A stretch of DNA of 63,828 nt, filler included, from Choristocarpus tenellus KU-1152 (lineage: Eukaryota > Protista > Phaeophyceae), in assembly GCA_964200185.2 (NCBI GenBank). It is 10 parts of 10 records of this genome, joined end to end, with 100 filler letters (N's around TTAATTAATTAA, not from the genome) between each part and the next. Parts side by side here need not be neighbours in the genome. Positions count along the whole stretch, not along the records: positions 1 to 13,482 come from CAXNAD020001477.1; positions 13,583 to 16,758 come from CAXNAD020021763.1; positions 16,859 to 23,334 come from CAXNAD020008057.1; positions 23,435 to 36,182 come from CAXNAD020001718.1; 6 more parts are not named here. One strand, 5' to 3'. Positions 11,096 through 23,734 of this stretch are shown piece by piece (position 1 is the stretch's first letter; the number at the start of each line of letters is the position of its first letter). The position numbers and the translations under genes were made by a program. The notes under the pieces are model-generated. The model was not told the origin of the DNA. It made no database searches and was given only the letters and a program-made list of their open reading frames with translations.

Positions 11096-13326
11096 TGGGC
11101 TTGACTTCACAGTGATGGGAATCTTCTTGATAATATTCCCGTTATGTATTCCAAAAACGTTTTACCACTGTGGTTTTGTACTTTCTTGGGTGTGTAGCTC
11201 AGTAGAGTCAGGGTCCAGTGAAGGGGGTGCCCCTCTCACACATACTCAGTGAAGTCTAGAAGGAGCCTTGGTTGGCCATTTTGAGAGGCTGGGAAAGAGG
11301 ACATTTTTGAGCCAGGCAGTGCTATTTTTTTTTCTCACTAGCTTCACTACCTCTACCTTGCTGTGGGCAGGCATCAAGGTGGTGTTAGGCAAAGCCCAGT
11401 TGACCCAACCCCTTGTTGATAGTTGACTTTGCAAGGAAGTTTTTTTGTGAGCCTCCCAGGTGTGCTCCAGTTGCATTGATACTAGCCAGTGGGGTGGGGC
11501 GAGCATAGTATGACTGTTTACTTGTGGTTGTGCGTTTGTCCCCTTGGGAACAAACATTCCTGCACCCACCTTGCTACAATTTATTGTTCCCCCTCGCCAT
11601 TCAGAGTGCGCATATCCTGTATCGTGTTGTCTTCGAGGCACTGGGCAATCAAGTGCTTGAGAGGAAGAATTTTCCTCTGTGTGCTGGTGCTAATATTTCG
11701 GACCATGGATGAAAATGATGTGGAGTTGGAAGTTGGTCCAGAACAGATTTAACCTCATTATCTGAAATACTGGTATGTTCTAGATCATCATGAAGCACTC
11801 TTAACTGACTTTGGTAGTGCAGTGTAAGTTGGGTTAGGGAGGGCTTGACTGCTGCTATATACATTTAGCAAGCGCTGGTGTTTCTGGTTGTGGAGGTAAG
11901 AAAATAGTCTGTCGTTGTGTTGTGTGCTTCTTATTATGATCCTAGTGCTGTTTGTTGTGGTTGGAGCGGTTCGTGCTTTTTGACCTGGTGTCCTTTGTCA
12001 CTCTTTCCTTGTGTCCACTATCTTGATACTGTTATTCCAGCTTGGGACGCTTGTAATACACAGGGCTTTCTTGATCACAGCATTTAAACTGTGATTTTGT
12101 GTTGTGGGGACACACAATGCTCTCGCAGCAAGGGGGTATATTTGTTTACTACTTCGGTCTTTGTCTAGGGTACTCCAAATCTTACCATGTGTAGAATGTA
12201 TTCTGCTTGGCAAGCAGGAACAATTTTATTGTGGGAGTTCTGGCTTCAACACCTTGCTGAACAACCGTATGTACCCGTGCACTTTCCAAGATGTACTCTA
12301 CCAATTGTACAGATAAGAGCAAATGTCTTGAGTATTTTCCTCAACATTATGTATCAGATTGGGGGGAGTTCACCATCGAGTTCCTCCTGAAGTGTAGGTC
12401 CTAATGATCTTTGAACGTCCACAATCCGCCAGCAATGATCTTTTTGTGGTGCTGAATAATAAGGCCTCCCATGACCCTCGACAACTGTGAACTGCCAAAC
12501 CCAAGAATACACTAACACTGTTCAAAAGGATGAGTACCGAAGGGGTGGTGATCGGATTTTTTGTTTATTGCAGGGTACTATGTTTGACATTGGAATGAAC
12601 AGTCACAACTGATCGAACACTTTCTGTAGTTCCAAACTGGTGTTAATGGAAGCAGTGGGGTGTTTCGGATTGGGTTGTATTAGCCAATCGCCGAAAGGTG
12701 CGAGCAATGATGAAGAAATCCGAATCAAGTGCCTCATCCCTCATCCCTAGCTCTCAAGGAGTGGATGTTTGAGTTGTACCCCTTGTACCCACCTGGTCTT
12801 TCATGCTTCTAGATCTCTCCGGTTGCTTGATTTCTTGTTGTACTTGACTTTTCTGTTGTTGGGCCATTACTTCCTATTGAATGTACAGATAGATGTGTGG
12901 GTCTCTCGCTAGTGAAATACCTGTGTTATTCATACGAAGTAAATGTTGGCAAGGCACTTGCTAGTGTAATCCCGATTTAGACTGTCGCCTTAGGATATCT
13001 TGTGAACAGATAAATAAATAGATGCGCGCATTTCCTCCATAAAATCATGTTGCGAATGAGAACAATAGTGTTAAAATTGACAAGGATAGTTGCCCTTCCC
13101 ATGTGCGCTTGATGGGAAAGAGAGAGGAGAAGTGAGCTTGAAATAGTCAAGTTGTAATAGCACCACCCAGAACACAATGTGAAATTTAAAGCGGGACAAC
13201 ACAGTCACTTCAGTCTCATTCTGAATGGTGAAAAGTGTACTGAACACCAAAGTTATTTGAATGAATAAGGAAATATCGCGCTACTTAATGACATATTTAG
13301 TAGAAGTATATGTTAAAACATGAAAA

Positions 13327-13482
13327 AACAGCCGATCATCAAAATTGAGGATGGAGCTTTTATTGAGGATGGGCAAGGTCCGGAATGGTGCGCGGAAAGT
13401 GCATATTTTTGGTCAAAAATATTTCGGGCTTGTGGAGGGCACCGCTACGATTCGGAAGCGACCTCGACCAAGCCAAAGGTAC
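13327..13482 (+). repeat. Terminus of an interspersed repeat (AACAGCCGATCACCAAAATTGAGGATGGAG family) at a contig break
   Basis: The same sequence with the same left boundary occurs at 23264-23334 and, inverted, at 47197-47266. Confidence 0.8.
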
Positions 13483-13582
13483 NNNNNNNNNNNNNNNNNN
13501 NNNNNNNNNNNNNNNNNNNNNNNNNNTTAATTAATTAANNNNNNNNNNNNNNNNNNNNNNNNNNNNNNNNNNNNNNNNNNNN
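13483..13582. other. Artificial contig spacer (44 N + TTAATTAATTAA + 44 N). Also at 16759-16858, 23335-23434, 36183-36282, 47079-47178, 50473-50572, 55247-55346, 58013-58112, 61199-61298
   Basis: Identical 100-bp structure nine times; the 12-mer puts stops in all six frames. A separate 10-N scaffold gap lies at 51550-51559. Confidence 0.99.
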
Positions 13583-13614
<32 letters not shown>

Positions 13615-13629
13615 TTTGTAAAGTAGGGG

Positions 13630-13675
<46 letters not shown>

Positions 13676-14289
13676 AGATGGCGTTGATAGAGCACAGTTT
13701 TTGGTTCTTCAAAATGAATTTTTATTGTACCTACACAACAGCCAAATCGCACTTCACAAGTGTGAAATGAGTGCCTTAAAAAGAAACACAACACCCCACG
13801 GCAGTCGTAGTAGTACCCCCAAGAACTCAACGACACCCTCCATCATAGATAGTATCACTCTCAACTTTGAACGGTCATGAGAATCGCAAGAGTACACGGG
13901 GGATGTGACCAGGATTTTACCGCTCCAATTTCCCGAGATCCCGAGAGGCTTGACCATTAGATACACCCTTACGTTTAGGATCAGGGTTTGGGTTAGGGCT
14001 TACAACTGAAACAGGCTCTGACCGCGAGGACTCGTCCTAGCCACCAAAAGCCAACGCCTACCAAGGGTCAGAGAACCCTCAACAACTACCGACCGATTGG
14101 ACTGTGTTGTTGAAGAAGGGATTACAACGCCAGCATATGCAGTGAGGCGGACCAATCACGCGTGGGCGGTGGGGGTGGCCCTACCCTAGAGGACACTACA
14201 CAAAAAATAAACAAAACAGTCATGAACTTTGAAAGGATGGGATGTCCCCCCAAATATCGAGACCCATCAGCCACTTGTCCAAGTCAAAG

Positions 14290-14420
14290 TATCTCAGGGT
14301 TAGGGTAGGAGTTTTGCCCCGTTCGTCCATTTGGGGTTAGGGTTACCATGAGGTTTTTCATTACATTTTCCTACCACTCCGAAATGTGTCGGAGTAGGTA
14401 AAATGTATATACGTTATGAA
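14290..14420 (+). repeat. Interspersed repeat fragment with internal hairpin (CTCCGA-AATGTG-TCGGAG)
   Basis: Reverse-complement similarity to about 49835-49960 on another contig. Confidence 0.6.
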
Positions 14421-14628
14421 AAGGTATGTCCAGAACAAGGATATTGACACTTCCTAACAAACACGATAGTCAAAATTACATCAAAATGGTAACATTGGAT
14501 ATTGGCCCCCAAAAGGACGCGCCCCTACCCTCTAAGATACTTTTTGCCTCTCCCCAAAATTGTGTTGTGCAGCTGAGGTACTCGAGATACTTTAAAACAC
14601 ACACACACACACATACACAAAATATCAC

Positions 14629-14721
14629 CCGCCTCATGGAGGAGTACGAAAGACTCGGCAATCTGATGCCCCTTGATGATGTAGGGCGATTCATTAGAAA
14701 CAGCATGTGGCATGAAAACAC
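14629..14721 (-). CDS. Possible internal exon of an unidentified gene (GVFMPHAVSNESPYIIKGHQIAESFVLLHEA)
   Basis: Open, AG/GT-bounded segment in otherwise low-complexity DNA; a phase-compatible terminal exon VESDTIYDGGCR* lies near 13826-13865. No recognisable domain. Confidence 0.25.
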
Positions 14722-14869
14722 CTTGTCATACAACTGATGTGCTTCTCATCAGTCAAGGCCTACCACAGAGGACAGATCTGTCTTCAATTGACCCTAGTGT
14801 AGTGCTACTCTTAATTCCACGTACAGATGCCATTGGCATCTTGTAACAGTCACAAAGAGTCTTTGCAAT

Positions 14870-15100
14870 ATGTTATTATTATTACTATTGTTATTATTAT
14901 TGTTATTACTATTGCTATTATTATTATTGTAACTATTGTTATTGTTATTGTTATTATTATTGTTGTTACTATTATTATTATTGTTATTACTATTGCTATT
15001 ATTATTATTGTAACTATTGTTATTGTTATTGTTATTATTATTATTGTTACTATTATTATTATTATTATTACTATTGCTATTATTATTGTTATTATTATTA
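14870..15100. repeat. Compound trinucleotide microsatellite (ATT/GTT/ACT/GCT) with a higher-order unit of about 80 bp
   Basis: The block GTTATTACTATTGCTATTATTATTATTGTAACTATTGTTATTGTTATTG recurs; it produces the spurious poly-N/I/L ORFs. Confidence 0.95.
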
Positions 15101-16858
15101 ACCTGGTACACATATACAAGACACACAGCAAATATACCACCAAAGCGCTTTCTATTCCCATACAAACACAAGCTGCAAGATGACATGGCACAACCTCAGA
15201 CTTACTACCTGGGACTAAAAGGAAAAGGTGGCACCACTAGATGATGATGGTTGCAATGAAGAAAAAGTATGTATTGATCCTCCCTAAGCTGCTCTCAGAC
15301 ACTACCTCCAAGGTATTTGTTGAGCTGTTCACATCAAAGCTAATTACTTTTGCTAAAAGTAACCAAGGTATTCATTGAGCTGTTCACATCAAAAATCAAT
15401 ACTTTTGCTAAAAGTATCCTCAATTGATGGATATAAAAACTACGGATATGAACAAACATATTATTTAGTACCTAAATATTCAAGTCTTTTGCTGACGTTA
15501 TGCCAAGGACCATATTTTTTTTTTCAAGTCTTAAATTCTAAAAGGGGCCATGGACACGAGCAAAGTTTCGGATCTGGAGGTCATCAATATTCAATTTTAC
15601 ATCTCCAATTTCTTTCCACCCCTTCCCTTCCCCGATCATCCACAAAAAATTCTTTTTTTTAAATAGAAAAAATGTTTGTTTTTTCTTAAAAGCCAACCGT
15701 TAATCAATCTCCAGATTCATAAAAGGTTGCGTACAAAATTGTGTTGAATTCACCCCTAACCCTTACATTTTCACCCTTGAAGGCTTTTTCCCCCTGGAGC
15801 TATCAATACATCACGCACCCCACTTTGAGAGACAAAACCCTCCGCACAAGAACCGAACTCAAGCTCAATTATTATTATTTATTATTATTATTTATTTATT
15901 TTAACGTGAGCTGAACAGCAGTAGAGTCAGAACACAAGGTCACCCTCATCCATTACCACAGAGGAAATAAAACAAAAAAGATAAATCTTATTTTTCCAAG
16001 GACTCCCTAACCCTAACAAGTAGTGAGGTAAATGAATTTAACTGAATGCTTGCAGTATTGTGAATTGAAAAAAATAAAAGTACAAAGTAACGGATGTCAA
16101 CTGAAAAAAAAAAACTGCCACCTCCCACCCACCCCCCCCCCTCCCCCCCCCCGCCCTCAAAATAGAGGGTTTCTACATACTTGATTAAATTGAAGAGTGT
16201 GCACAGTGCACTCAAAAGGTACACTCTGAAGGTACACTCTGAATGTACACTCTGAAGGTACACTGAAAGGGTATATGTGAGGATGCAAATCTCACAGCAT
16301 GGAAATCTGCAAGCAAATGTAACCGACTGTATATATGGTGATGCCTTGATCTTTTTTAATCTCATTTCTTTTTTCTTTTTTTTCAATTGAAAAAAATCGA
16401 CGAGATTCAAACTGCGAAAAATAAAAAATAATTTCACGAACACAGTACCAATGTTAACAAAAAAACAAAAAAACAAAAAACAAAAAACAAAACACACACA
16501 CACAACCAAATCAATATCGGTACTCCCTTCACCAACATGCACCAATCAACAAAAAGAAAAAAAGAAAAGAAAAAGAAAAATGTAATGTCTCCTTACCACT
16601 TGGCAGCGGACTAATTTTTTTTTTGTAGTCTTTTATCTTCCTTGCCGAAATTAATAACACCCATCTCTCGTGAAAACACGCCTACCTGTTGAACCACGTG
16701 GCTCCCGCCCGTCCGCGCTTTCCCCCCCCCCCTCCCCCGGTGCCCGATCTTGCCGCAGNNNNNNNNNNNNNNNNNNNNNNNNNNNNNNNNNNNNNNNNNN
16801 NNTTAATTAATTAANNNNNNNNNNNNNNNNNNNNNNNNNNNNNNNNNNNNNNNNNNNN

Positions 16859-16915
16859 ACATGAAAAAATTGACCCCAAATGGACAGCCGCCACCCCCTC
16901 CCAGATACTTTGAGC
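16859..16915 (+). mobile_element. Partial copy (right end) of the CAAAGTATCTG-TIR MITE
   Basis: AAATGGACAGCCGCCACCCCCTCCCAGATACTTTGAGCC matches 36400-36441 and the reverse of 42077-42130. Confidence 0.8.
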
Positions 16916-19338
16916 CAGTATGAGGCTTACAATTGTTGGAACTTCAGATTCTTGACAAACCCAACTAACCACCCTATCCATAAAATTGATACAGCGAAAG
17001 CACTACTTGCGAGAAGAATGGGTTTAGAGAATGAAGAGTTATAGATAATTATCAGTGTTGAGATACTTGAATAGTGTGTAGCACTACCTGTACAACAGAG
17101 TACCACAAACTATGTGCTTAGAAATTTGGTCAATGTCTTCATTATCCATTGATACTTGTGTGGTACTCTGAAACACCAAGGACTTCAAAGCGTAAATAGC
17201 ATGAAGCCAATGGGTCAGAGCATGCTTTAGAAAATAGCACACTACAAGCAATGCATACAATATACTGTTGAATCGATAAAGGGTTCGAAACTCAATTGGC
17301 CACTTGGAATGTTTTAGTTTAGAGTTGATCTTTGAATACTTTGCTTGACCTCCAGATCATTTTTGATATTCCTTGGTGCTAAATTGTCAATGGCACGTGA
17401 GGATAGAGCACATGCTAGCAAGAGCAAATATTTTCACCACCTGAATGCCCTGTGCCCTCAGATATATCAGGGCCATAGTATCCTAGAGGGGGGAGTGATT
17501 TTCCCAGTTTGTCCATTTGGGGCTTGATGGATTGTTGTAAAATACCCCAGTTTGATGCTCTTTGTGCTGGTTCCTTCGAATTTGGTACGGTCAGGGGAAT
17601 TTGAAAGGAAGGTGCGATCAGATTAAGGAAATGGTCTCTAAATCGAAAACGTCCACTCACAGAACATGAATGTAACTACAGGACCACACAGTCCACCAAT
17701 AGACGCTTGAACTACCTTCTAGGATACTTTTGGTCTCAAAGTGAGTCTGCGTTAAGAGTTAGAGTTGTGCTTGCTCAGCAACTTCGTCTTCTCCTTCTGA
17801 CTTTGTATTGTGCTCCTCTCCGTTGGCCACATCTAAAACCAACCAACATGTAGAAGGAAAGGCCTGCTGCTGTTTCAATGCACGCATCGATGGAGAGGAG
17901 GGGAGCACAGCTGTTGAAGTGTGATGCTTATTGGGGTGACTACGAAGGTGAGCAACAATACCTCATCTCAACTGTAGCTTTGGGCGTTTGACATTTCACT
18001 GTGGCCCACATCAAACCAAACCTTCAATGAGTGTGTCTAACATAGGCGACAAGTTTTCTCCTGAAGCTGCTTCAAGAGTACCTTGATTCTTGTCACGCTG
18101 TCTATATCTCAGCAATTACACGGCCCAAGTTGCCTTTCCCTACGATTCTCTACTGTATCTTCTTCTTTGTAAAAATTGCAGATTTTCAACTGAGAAACAG
18201 TAGTGCTTCTATATTGTCATTATTGTGAGACTTGCGACTGAGAAGTAGCAGTGTTTCTATCCGTCAACGATTTTTAGCACAGTACCCATCTTGCCCTATG
18301 TATGAGTTCTTGTTTTTCCAATGAGTGCTCTACAGTACCAATCAAATACCCAATTGTTTGAGATTTTGATAACAAATGACTTCGTGTGTGGAAATCTTCA
18401 CGATGAGTGAGCAGAGATCAAGGCCCCCTAATACATTATCTATATTCCCACTGGCAAAGTCAGCTTTCCAAATGAATAGTTTCCTGTGATGAGTGTTCTT
18501 GAACAGTGGTGAGTGGTATATTCGTTAGGGTAGAACTGGCAAATGTTACCACCAATCATTCCTTTTATCAATCTTCTCTTGTAATAATTTAATGTGGATG
18601 TGGATATGTAGCATACTATCGTTTTTACTCTGAGAACTTAGTGTATGCGTGCACAAGAAAAGAGGCAGTCAAGAGGTAGCTCCAGGGACCCAACCCACAG
18701 AGATTTCTTGAAAATCTTTGGAAGGAAATTTCTCGACATACGGAAAATGGTGTGGTCCTGGTAATTTCTTCTTTGTTCAATTTTCAACCTATGAAACCCA
18801 CCGAACCAGGCAATCACATGGAACATCCATGTACTTGCTCATTGTGGAATTGATACAGACACCCCGTGGGAAACAGCAATATTTGGTGGTACTGGATAAA
18901 TCATAAACGCACCACGACTTCAACCTTATCACTTGATAGAATGACCACAACAGTTTGATGAGCGCCGTTTGAGGAGTCACTCAATCCCAACCCTTCCTCA
19001 ACAAATACAGCAATGAAGGAGCGGTGGAATCTAAATACTCCACTCAGTATCCTCGAGGGTTATCAGCCAGAGCACAGGAACTATGATCGACCAAGGACGA
19101 CTGAGGTGAGTATTCCTCTGGGTTAGATTAATAGTATGTGATATGATCACTAGATTTCCTACATGGGAATTAGAAGGCTATGACATTGCTACTCAGAAAA
19201 TGCAGCACAATGCATGGTTGACAGACTAGTGAAGCAGAGGAATGAGTACATGTTCACAAGCAGAGTTTTGCACCCAACTGAGTAGATATGAAGGGACAGT
19301 CCACTGACTGATCCTGTAGAAACGTTTTCTAATAGGGT

Positions 19339-19513
19339 CAGTCAAGGGCTGTCAGGAACTTCAAAGGGGCCAGTCCACGGGCCGGCCTGAGTAAAGCATG
19401 TGTTAAAAGGGCTGGTCCGGGGCCATCAGAGATGGGGTTTTTTCAGCGTTAGTCCAGGGTCGTCAGATATTTTCATGGACCTGGGCCTTAGGCAAGCTAT
19501 CAGCCCTGGTCTA
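19339..19513. mobile_element. Possible decayed small TIR element, GGGCC-rich
   Basis: Imperfect inverted ends (CAGTCAAGGGCTG ... CAGCCCTGGTCTA) enclose repeated GGGCC/GGGTC motifs. Only one copy seen. Confidence 0.3.
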
Positions 19514-21069
19514 ACATCCGAGCTTCCTATATACCTGAATCAGAAGCTTCAAGCTTCAAACTATCTGTGTGTATGCTGACTGTGGTAGTCATTTCATAAT
19601 TCCTCAAAGGCAGTCAGCACTCAGTGTCTAGCCCACCACACTGTCTTGACTCACATTACCCGAACGAAATATCCACTCTTATGCTTGATACAAGGAATCT
19701 CGTCGTGGAGTACAGTCACACCATCGTGGAGAGTCACAGTCTTCCGCCCGGCCTCACACCGCTACAATCTCTAGCACTGGACTTCGTCGCAACAATTTGC
19801 TAACCAACAAAAAAAGGCAACACCATCACCCACAAAAAGACAAAGTCTCTGCAACCAATTCCTGCCAAGAACAGCAAGAACTATTCATACCTGCTTGGTC
19901 AGCTGAAAAAGAGTGAACACGAACAACAAAGTGTCTCTAAATAACTCAAGCCCAGTTGGAGGGTATCATCAATGGAATGAACAGCATAGGAAAGAAGGGA
20001 TATGATGCACCTAGCGCAAAATGATGTCATCATTCTTAGACACGCCTGTTTCTAGGGGCTTGCAGATACAGCCCAAATCCTCTTGTTCCAAAGACTGAGT
20101 TCTACACACACAGTAGTCCCAGAGTTGAAGGGGACCAAGGACTCTTGTAAGATATAAATAAAGTTGGCAAAGTAAGGCGACAATGAGAAAAATCTTCCTG
20201 TTGAGGAAATCCAGTGCAACCCTTCCACGGGGAGTGAAAACACAGAACTCCTGCACACCTTGCACGATGCGTGGAAGCAGTCCTTTGTCTTGTGATTTTA
20301 TATTGTGTGACTTGTATGCATCATTGGATTCAGGATGTTTAAAGGGGGACATCAGCTCCAGGATCGGGTGAAAACGTTTACATTGGAGCAAATCAATGGC
20401 AGTAAGGGTTTCTATGTGAGGGGAGAATTCATGCATTCCAGAATAGTGTGACAAAGTTTGGCAGTAAGCATGGAATGTACTATGTCAGCAATCACCAGGA
20501 TTGTGCTGATTGCAATCTCGAGTCGGACAGCGGTGCACTGTTTTGAAGGATCTTCTTATGGGGATATGTTTGCTCATGTCTAATTAATGTAATATTTTGC
20601 AGCACCCTTTCCTCTACATAACCGTTTTGTGCTAAACCTTTCATTGCATACTCCTTGCACACAGGGTTTCACGTCAAGTCTTATTGGAAGAGATCCGGAA
20701 GGTTGAGAAAGGTCAAATTGACAGTTGAGCGTTGAAAAGACCTCTCAATACATTGAATTAATGCTCAGTTCTGTCTTGCGTGGTACTCACCATATATATA
20801 TGCAGTAGTGGCGCATTATATATGGAATACTGTTAATGTTAGTATCAGCTCTTCCATATGTACATTAAACATATGCTTCAAAGTAAATATGTTGCATTGA
20901 AGTGTCTTCATTCATAGAATTGTGACATACAGAATTAAATGCAGCATAACATTTGCAGCCCTAACCCTAACCCACCAAATCTCAAGCAAAAATGGGGCAG
21001 CCAACACCCATCTACAATTCCACCCCCAAAGCCCTCTAAAGCTCCATTTTAACACGGTATATCGCCGCA

Positions 21070-22150
21070 TTCAATAGGGAATTCGGGGGGAGCATGCCCA
21101 CCTTCTCAGTCTTTTCCTCGCTAAGATATGGAAATTTGAAGACAATATCACCCATGGACCCCAGCACTTCACTCTAGATCCAGGAGTGGGTACACATCGA
21201 ACGCCTCCATTGTGGCCCTCCACGAGCTCCTCTCTGTTGGTTACTCCCACGTCTTCTTTCAGTTGCTGGATGGAATGAGACAATCCCAGGCCGTTGATAT
21301 TGAGGTCAGGTGAGTTAGCTGACTGGGCCCCTATGACAATATCTTCCCCCACCACCTCCTCACGCGTCTCCATGATCCCCCGTTGGTGTGTGACTTTGCT
21401 CCGACCTGCTGCACAACGATGGCGTACCTTCTGGTCTAGTCACATGGGGCTTGATTGCCAGGATGACTCCTCGATCATGAGCCTCTTATACCTCTCCCCA
21501 CCTTGACTGGCACAAACACCTAGGTGCCCTTGGGGTGATGTCTGCTGGAGTGTTTAACGACCACAGTTTCCATGATTGGCAAGACCTCGATTTTCCAATC
21601 GAACAACGCCCCATTGGAGAGCTTCCTAGGGCGGGCCACAACTGCAAGGAACATCAAATTTGTAACGTAATGCTTATTCTGACCCATGGGCTAGTTTTGG
21701 GGGGCCTTCAGTGGGGTCCAGGTACACACCTTGCCCATTTTTGAAGATGTAATACCACTTCTCATCCACATGCATGCAGTCATATAGAGATCGTCCACTA
21801 ATACCTCACTCCCCCCCCTCTTGGGCGAGTGGCTGATGACGAAACCCACCTTGTCGACTTTCTGCTGGTCTGAGAGGACTGGCATAATCAACCGCTTGAC
21901 CTTCTTGACCTTCTTGCGCTTGCACAAATCCCAAAAGGCAAGAGAGACCCAAACTTTGGCTGCCCGTTTGCAGAAAGATGTATGGTGTACTGATGGGACA
22001 TCTCAAATGTCGACAATACTTGCACGGTGGCTACATCGCCCCTTGCGACGTTGGGCAAGGTCCATGCATTCATCCCGTGTGATCTAGCTGTCGTACTCCT
22101 TCAGATGATGGAGCACGATGATTCAGGAAATTCTAATGTCGTCCGCGATG
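21070..22150 (-). pseudogene. Tc1/mariner superfamily transposase pseudogene (plant/oomycete DD39D-like group)
   Basis: Across frameshifts: PVLSDQQKVDKVGF, DCMHVDEKWYY, NLMFLAVVARP, VQQVGAKSH (QQDGA with D to V), AQSANSPDLNINGLG (DLG with D to G). Confidence 0.85.
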
Positions 22151-22789
22151 GGCACCGCTGTCCCCCAAGGCATGTAGTCTCGCGCCCTCTCGCCTCCAGG
22201 AATTTCACCATCATGCTGTTCTTTGTTGGGGTATTTGGGTCCTAACCCTGGACAGATCTTTGGGCTGAAGAATTGGGTCCGACAGGTGACAACGGGATTA
22301 GCGAGCACTTCAACGACAGGGGGCCTTCATACTAGGCATCCCAATGAACACTCGGTTTGACAGTTGCATGAGGTTTTTGAACCCCATCAAATGCGACTTG
22401 GTGGACTTTGTACTGGTGATCCTCCACAGTCGTGACAGTCCACGATCTCAAATTACACAAGCCTCCCAATCTATATGAGAACTAATCCTCATCCAGAGGG
22501 TTTATCACGTGGGTTTTTTTCTGGGTGAGAACAAAACTTGCAGACATTACGTTACGTTTAATTCCGAACAGAGGAAGTAATTTATCAGATAGCATCTTAG
22601 AGCAAACCATACTCCTTCTGTCTCATAAGTCTGTGTCGTTAAGTTGTACCTCTTCAAGATGACTTCGAACTACAAAAAGGATTTTGGCGTTGGATTCCTT
22701 GGAATATTCTACAATAACACAAACTGTCGAAGAACACTCCAAAGAATTCCGGTTCCGAAATTGTCCTGAAATTATATAACACAGAATGG

Positions 22790-23200
22790 GGAATTCTCGG
22801 GTCATTTTTTATGGTCCTCACGCAGCGTGGAGCCACTCACCAATCTCACGATCCTGCTGGTACACACTCAAGCACATACCTCTCCAACAGCCCTCCACAT
22901 CAACAGCAAGGGAACAGGATCTCAACATCAACGATTTGGGTTTTTTTCACGTCCCTGAAGAGCAGGGTTTGAACGGAGTGCTACGGTACCATTGATGACC
23001 TTGTAGAGGGGGTTAAGAGCATGGTCCACATTTACGAAGACGCAGACACGTTCGAGAGGGTGTGACAGAGTCTGTTTAAGAGGTACAATCCGGTATTAAG
23101 AGAGCTGGGGGGCAACAATTTTCGAGGTAGACCCCATGGAGGCCAAAAAAAGGCAGGGGAAAGGCGGGTTGGGTAGAGTGGTCGAAGTAATCCGAGTCGC
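22790..23200 (+). pseudogene. C-terminal fragment of a second mariner-like transposase
   Basis: LQQPS...DLNINDLGFFH followed by decayed FERV*QSLFKRYNPVLRELGGNNF. Confidence 0.7.
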
Positions 23201-23263
23201 CTACAACATCCCCAACCCTCAGAATTTTCTAAGGAGTCTAACGAAAAAATCTGTTTTGTAATA

Positions 23264-23334
23264 AACAGCCGATCACCAAAATTGAGGATGGAGTATTTTA
23301 TGGAGGATGAGTTTGACCCAAAATGGTGCGCGGA
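23264..23334 (+). repeat. AACAGCC-terminus repeat copy at a contig break
   Basis: Matches 13327-13400. Confidence 0.8.
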
Positions 23335-23734
23335 NNNNNNNNNNNNNNNNNNNNNNNNNNNNNNNNNNNNNNNNNNNNTTAATTAATTAANNNNNNNNNN
23401 NNNNNNNNNNNNNNNNNNNNNNNNNNNNNNNNNNATGAGGACAAGGGGGCTGTGGATGCACCGAGAGTGATGCGTAGTTGTGATGCGAGCAATAGATTGT
23501 TGTGGGACAGTCAAGGGTGGGGGTGGGGCTTCTTCTGCATTGGCAAAAGAACTTCGTCCCCAAGACACAAATCAAGAGAGTTGTGATAATGATCAGCAGA
23601 AAGGTACGTGGAGGGTGCCGCAAGGGTCTAACTGCCTAAAGGTGGGATCATACAAAATAAACAAACGTAGGAAAATGAATCTTCTTTCCGCCCTCTTCCC
23701 ACAAGGAGCAATTCCAGCAATGTGTCCCATGTAC

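Noticed and set aside
13527-13538. Recurrent TTAATTAATTAA between N-runs as a biological repeat or CRISPR-like array
   Set aside because: It is an artificial six-frame-stop linker. ORFs containing X and any cross-contig gene cluster are artefacts.
13583-13672. Long poly-T and poly-G runs as a retrocopy tail or G-quadruplex
   Set aside because: At a contig edge where homopolymer lengths are unreliable.
14629-14660. VLLHEA as an HExxH metalloprotease motif
   Set aside because: The second His is absent in either the read-through or the spliced continuation.
14794-15244. Poly-Asn, poly-Ile and poly-Leu ORFs
   Set aside because: Translations of a trinucleotide microsatellite.
23281-23296. GAGGATGGAG-TA as a Stowaway/mariner TIR closing the adjacent transposase fragment
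   Set aside because: Homology with other copies continues past the TA, and the shared boundary is at AACAGCC, so it is internal to a different repeat.
23536-23580. Plus-strand ALAKELRPQD resembling the missing TPR end
   Set aside because: Wrong strand for the TPR gene and lies in its intron; treated as coincidence.
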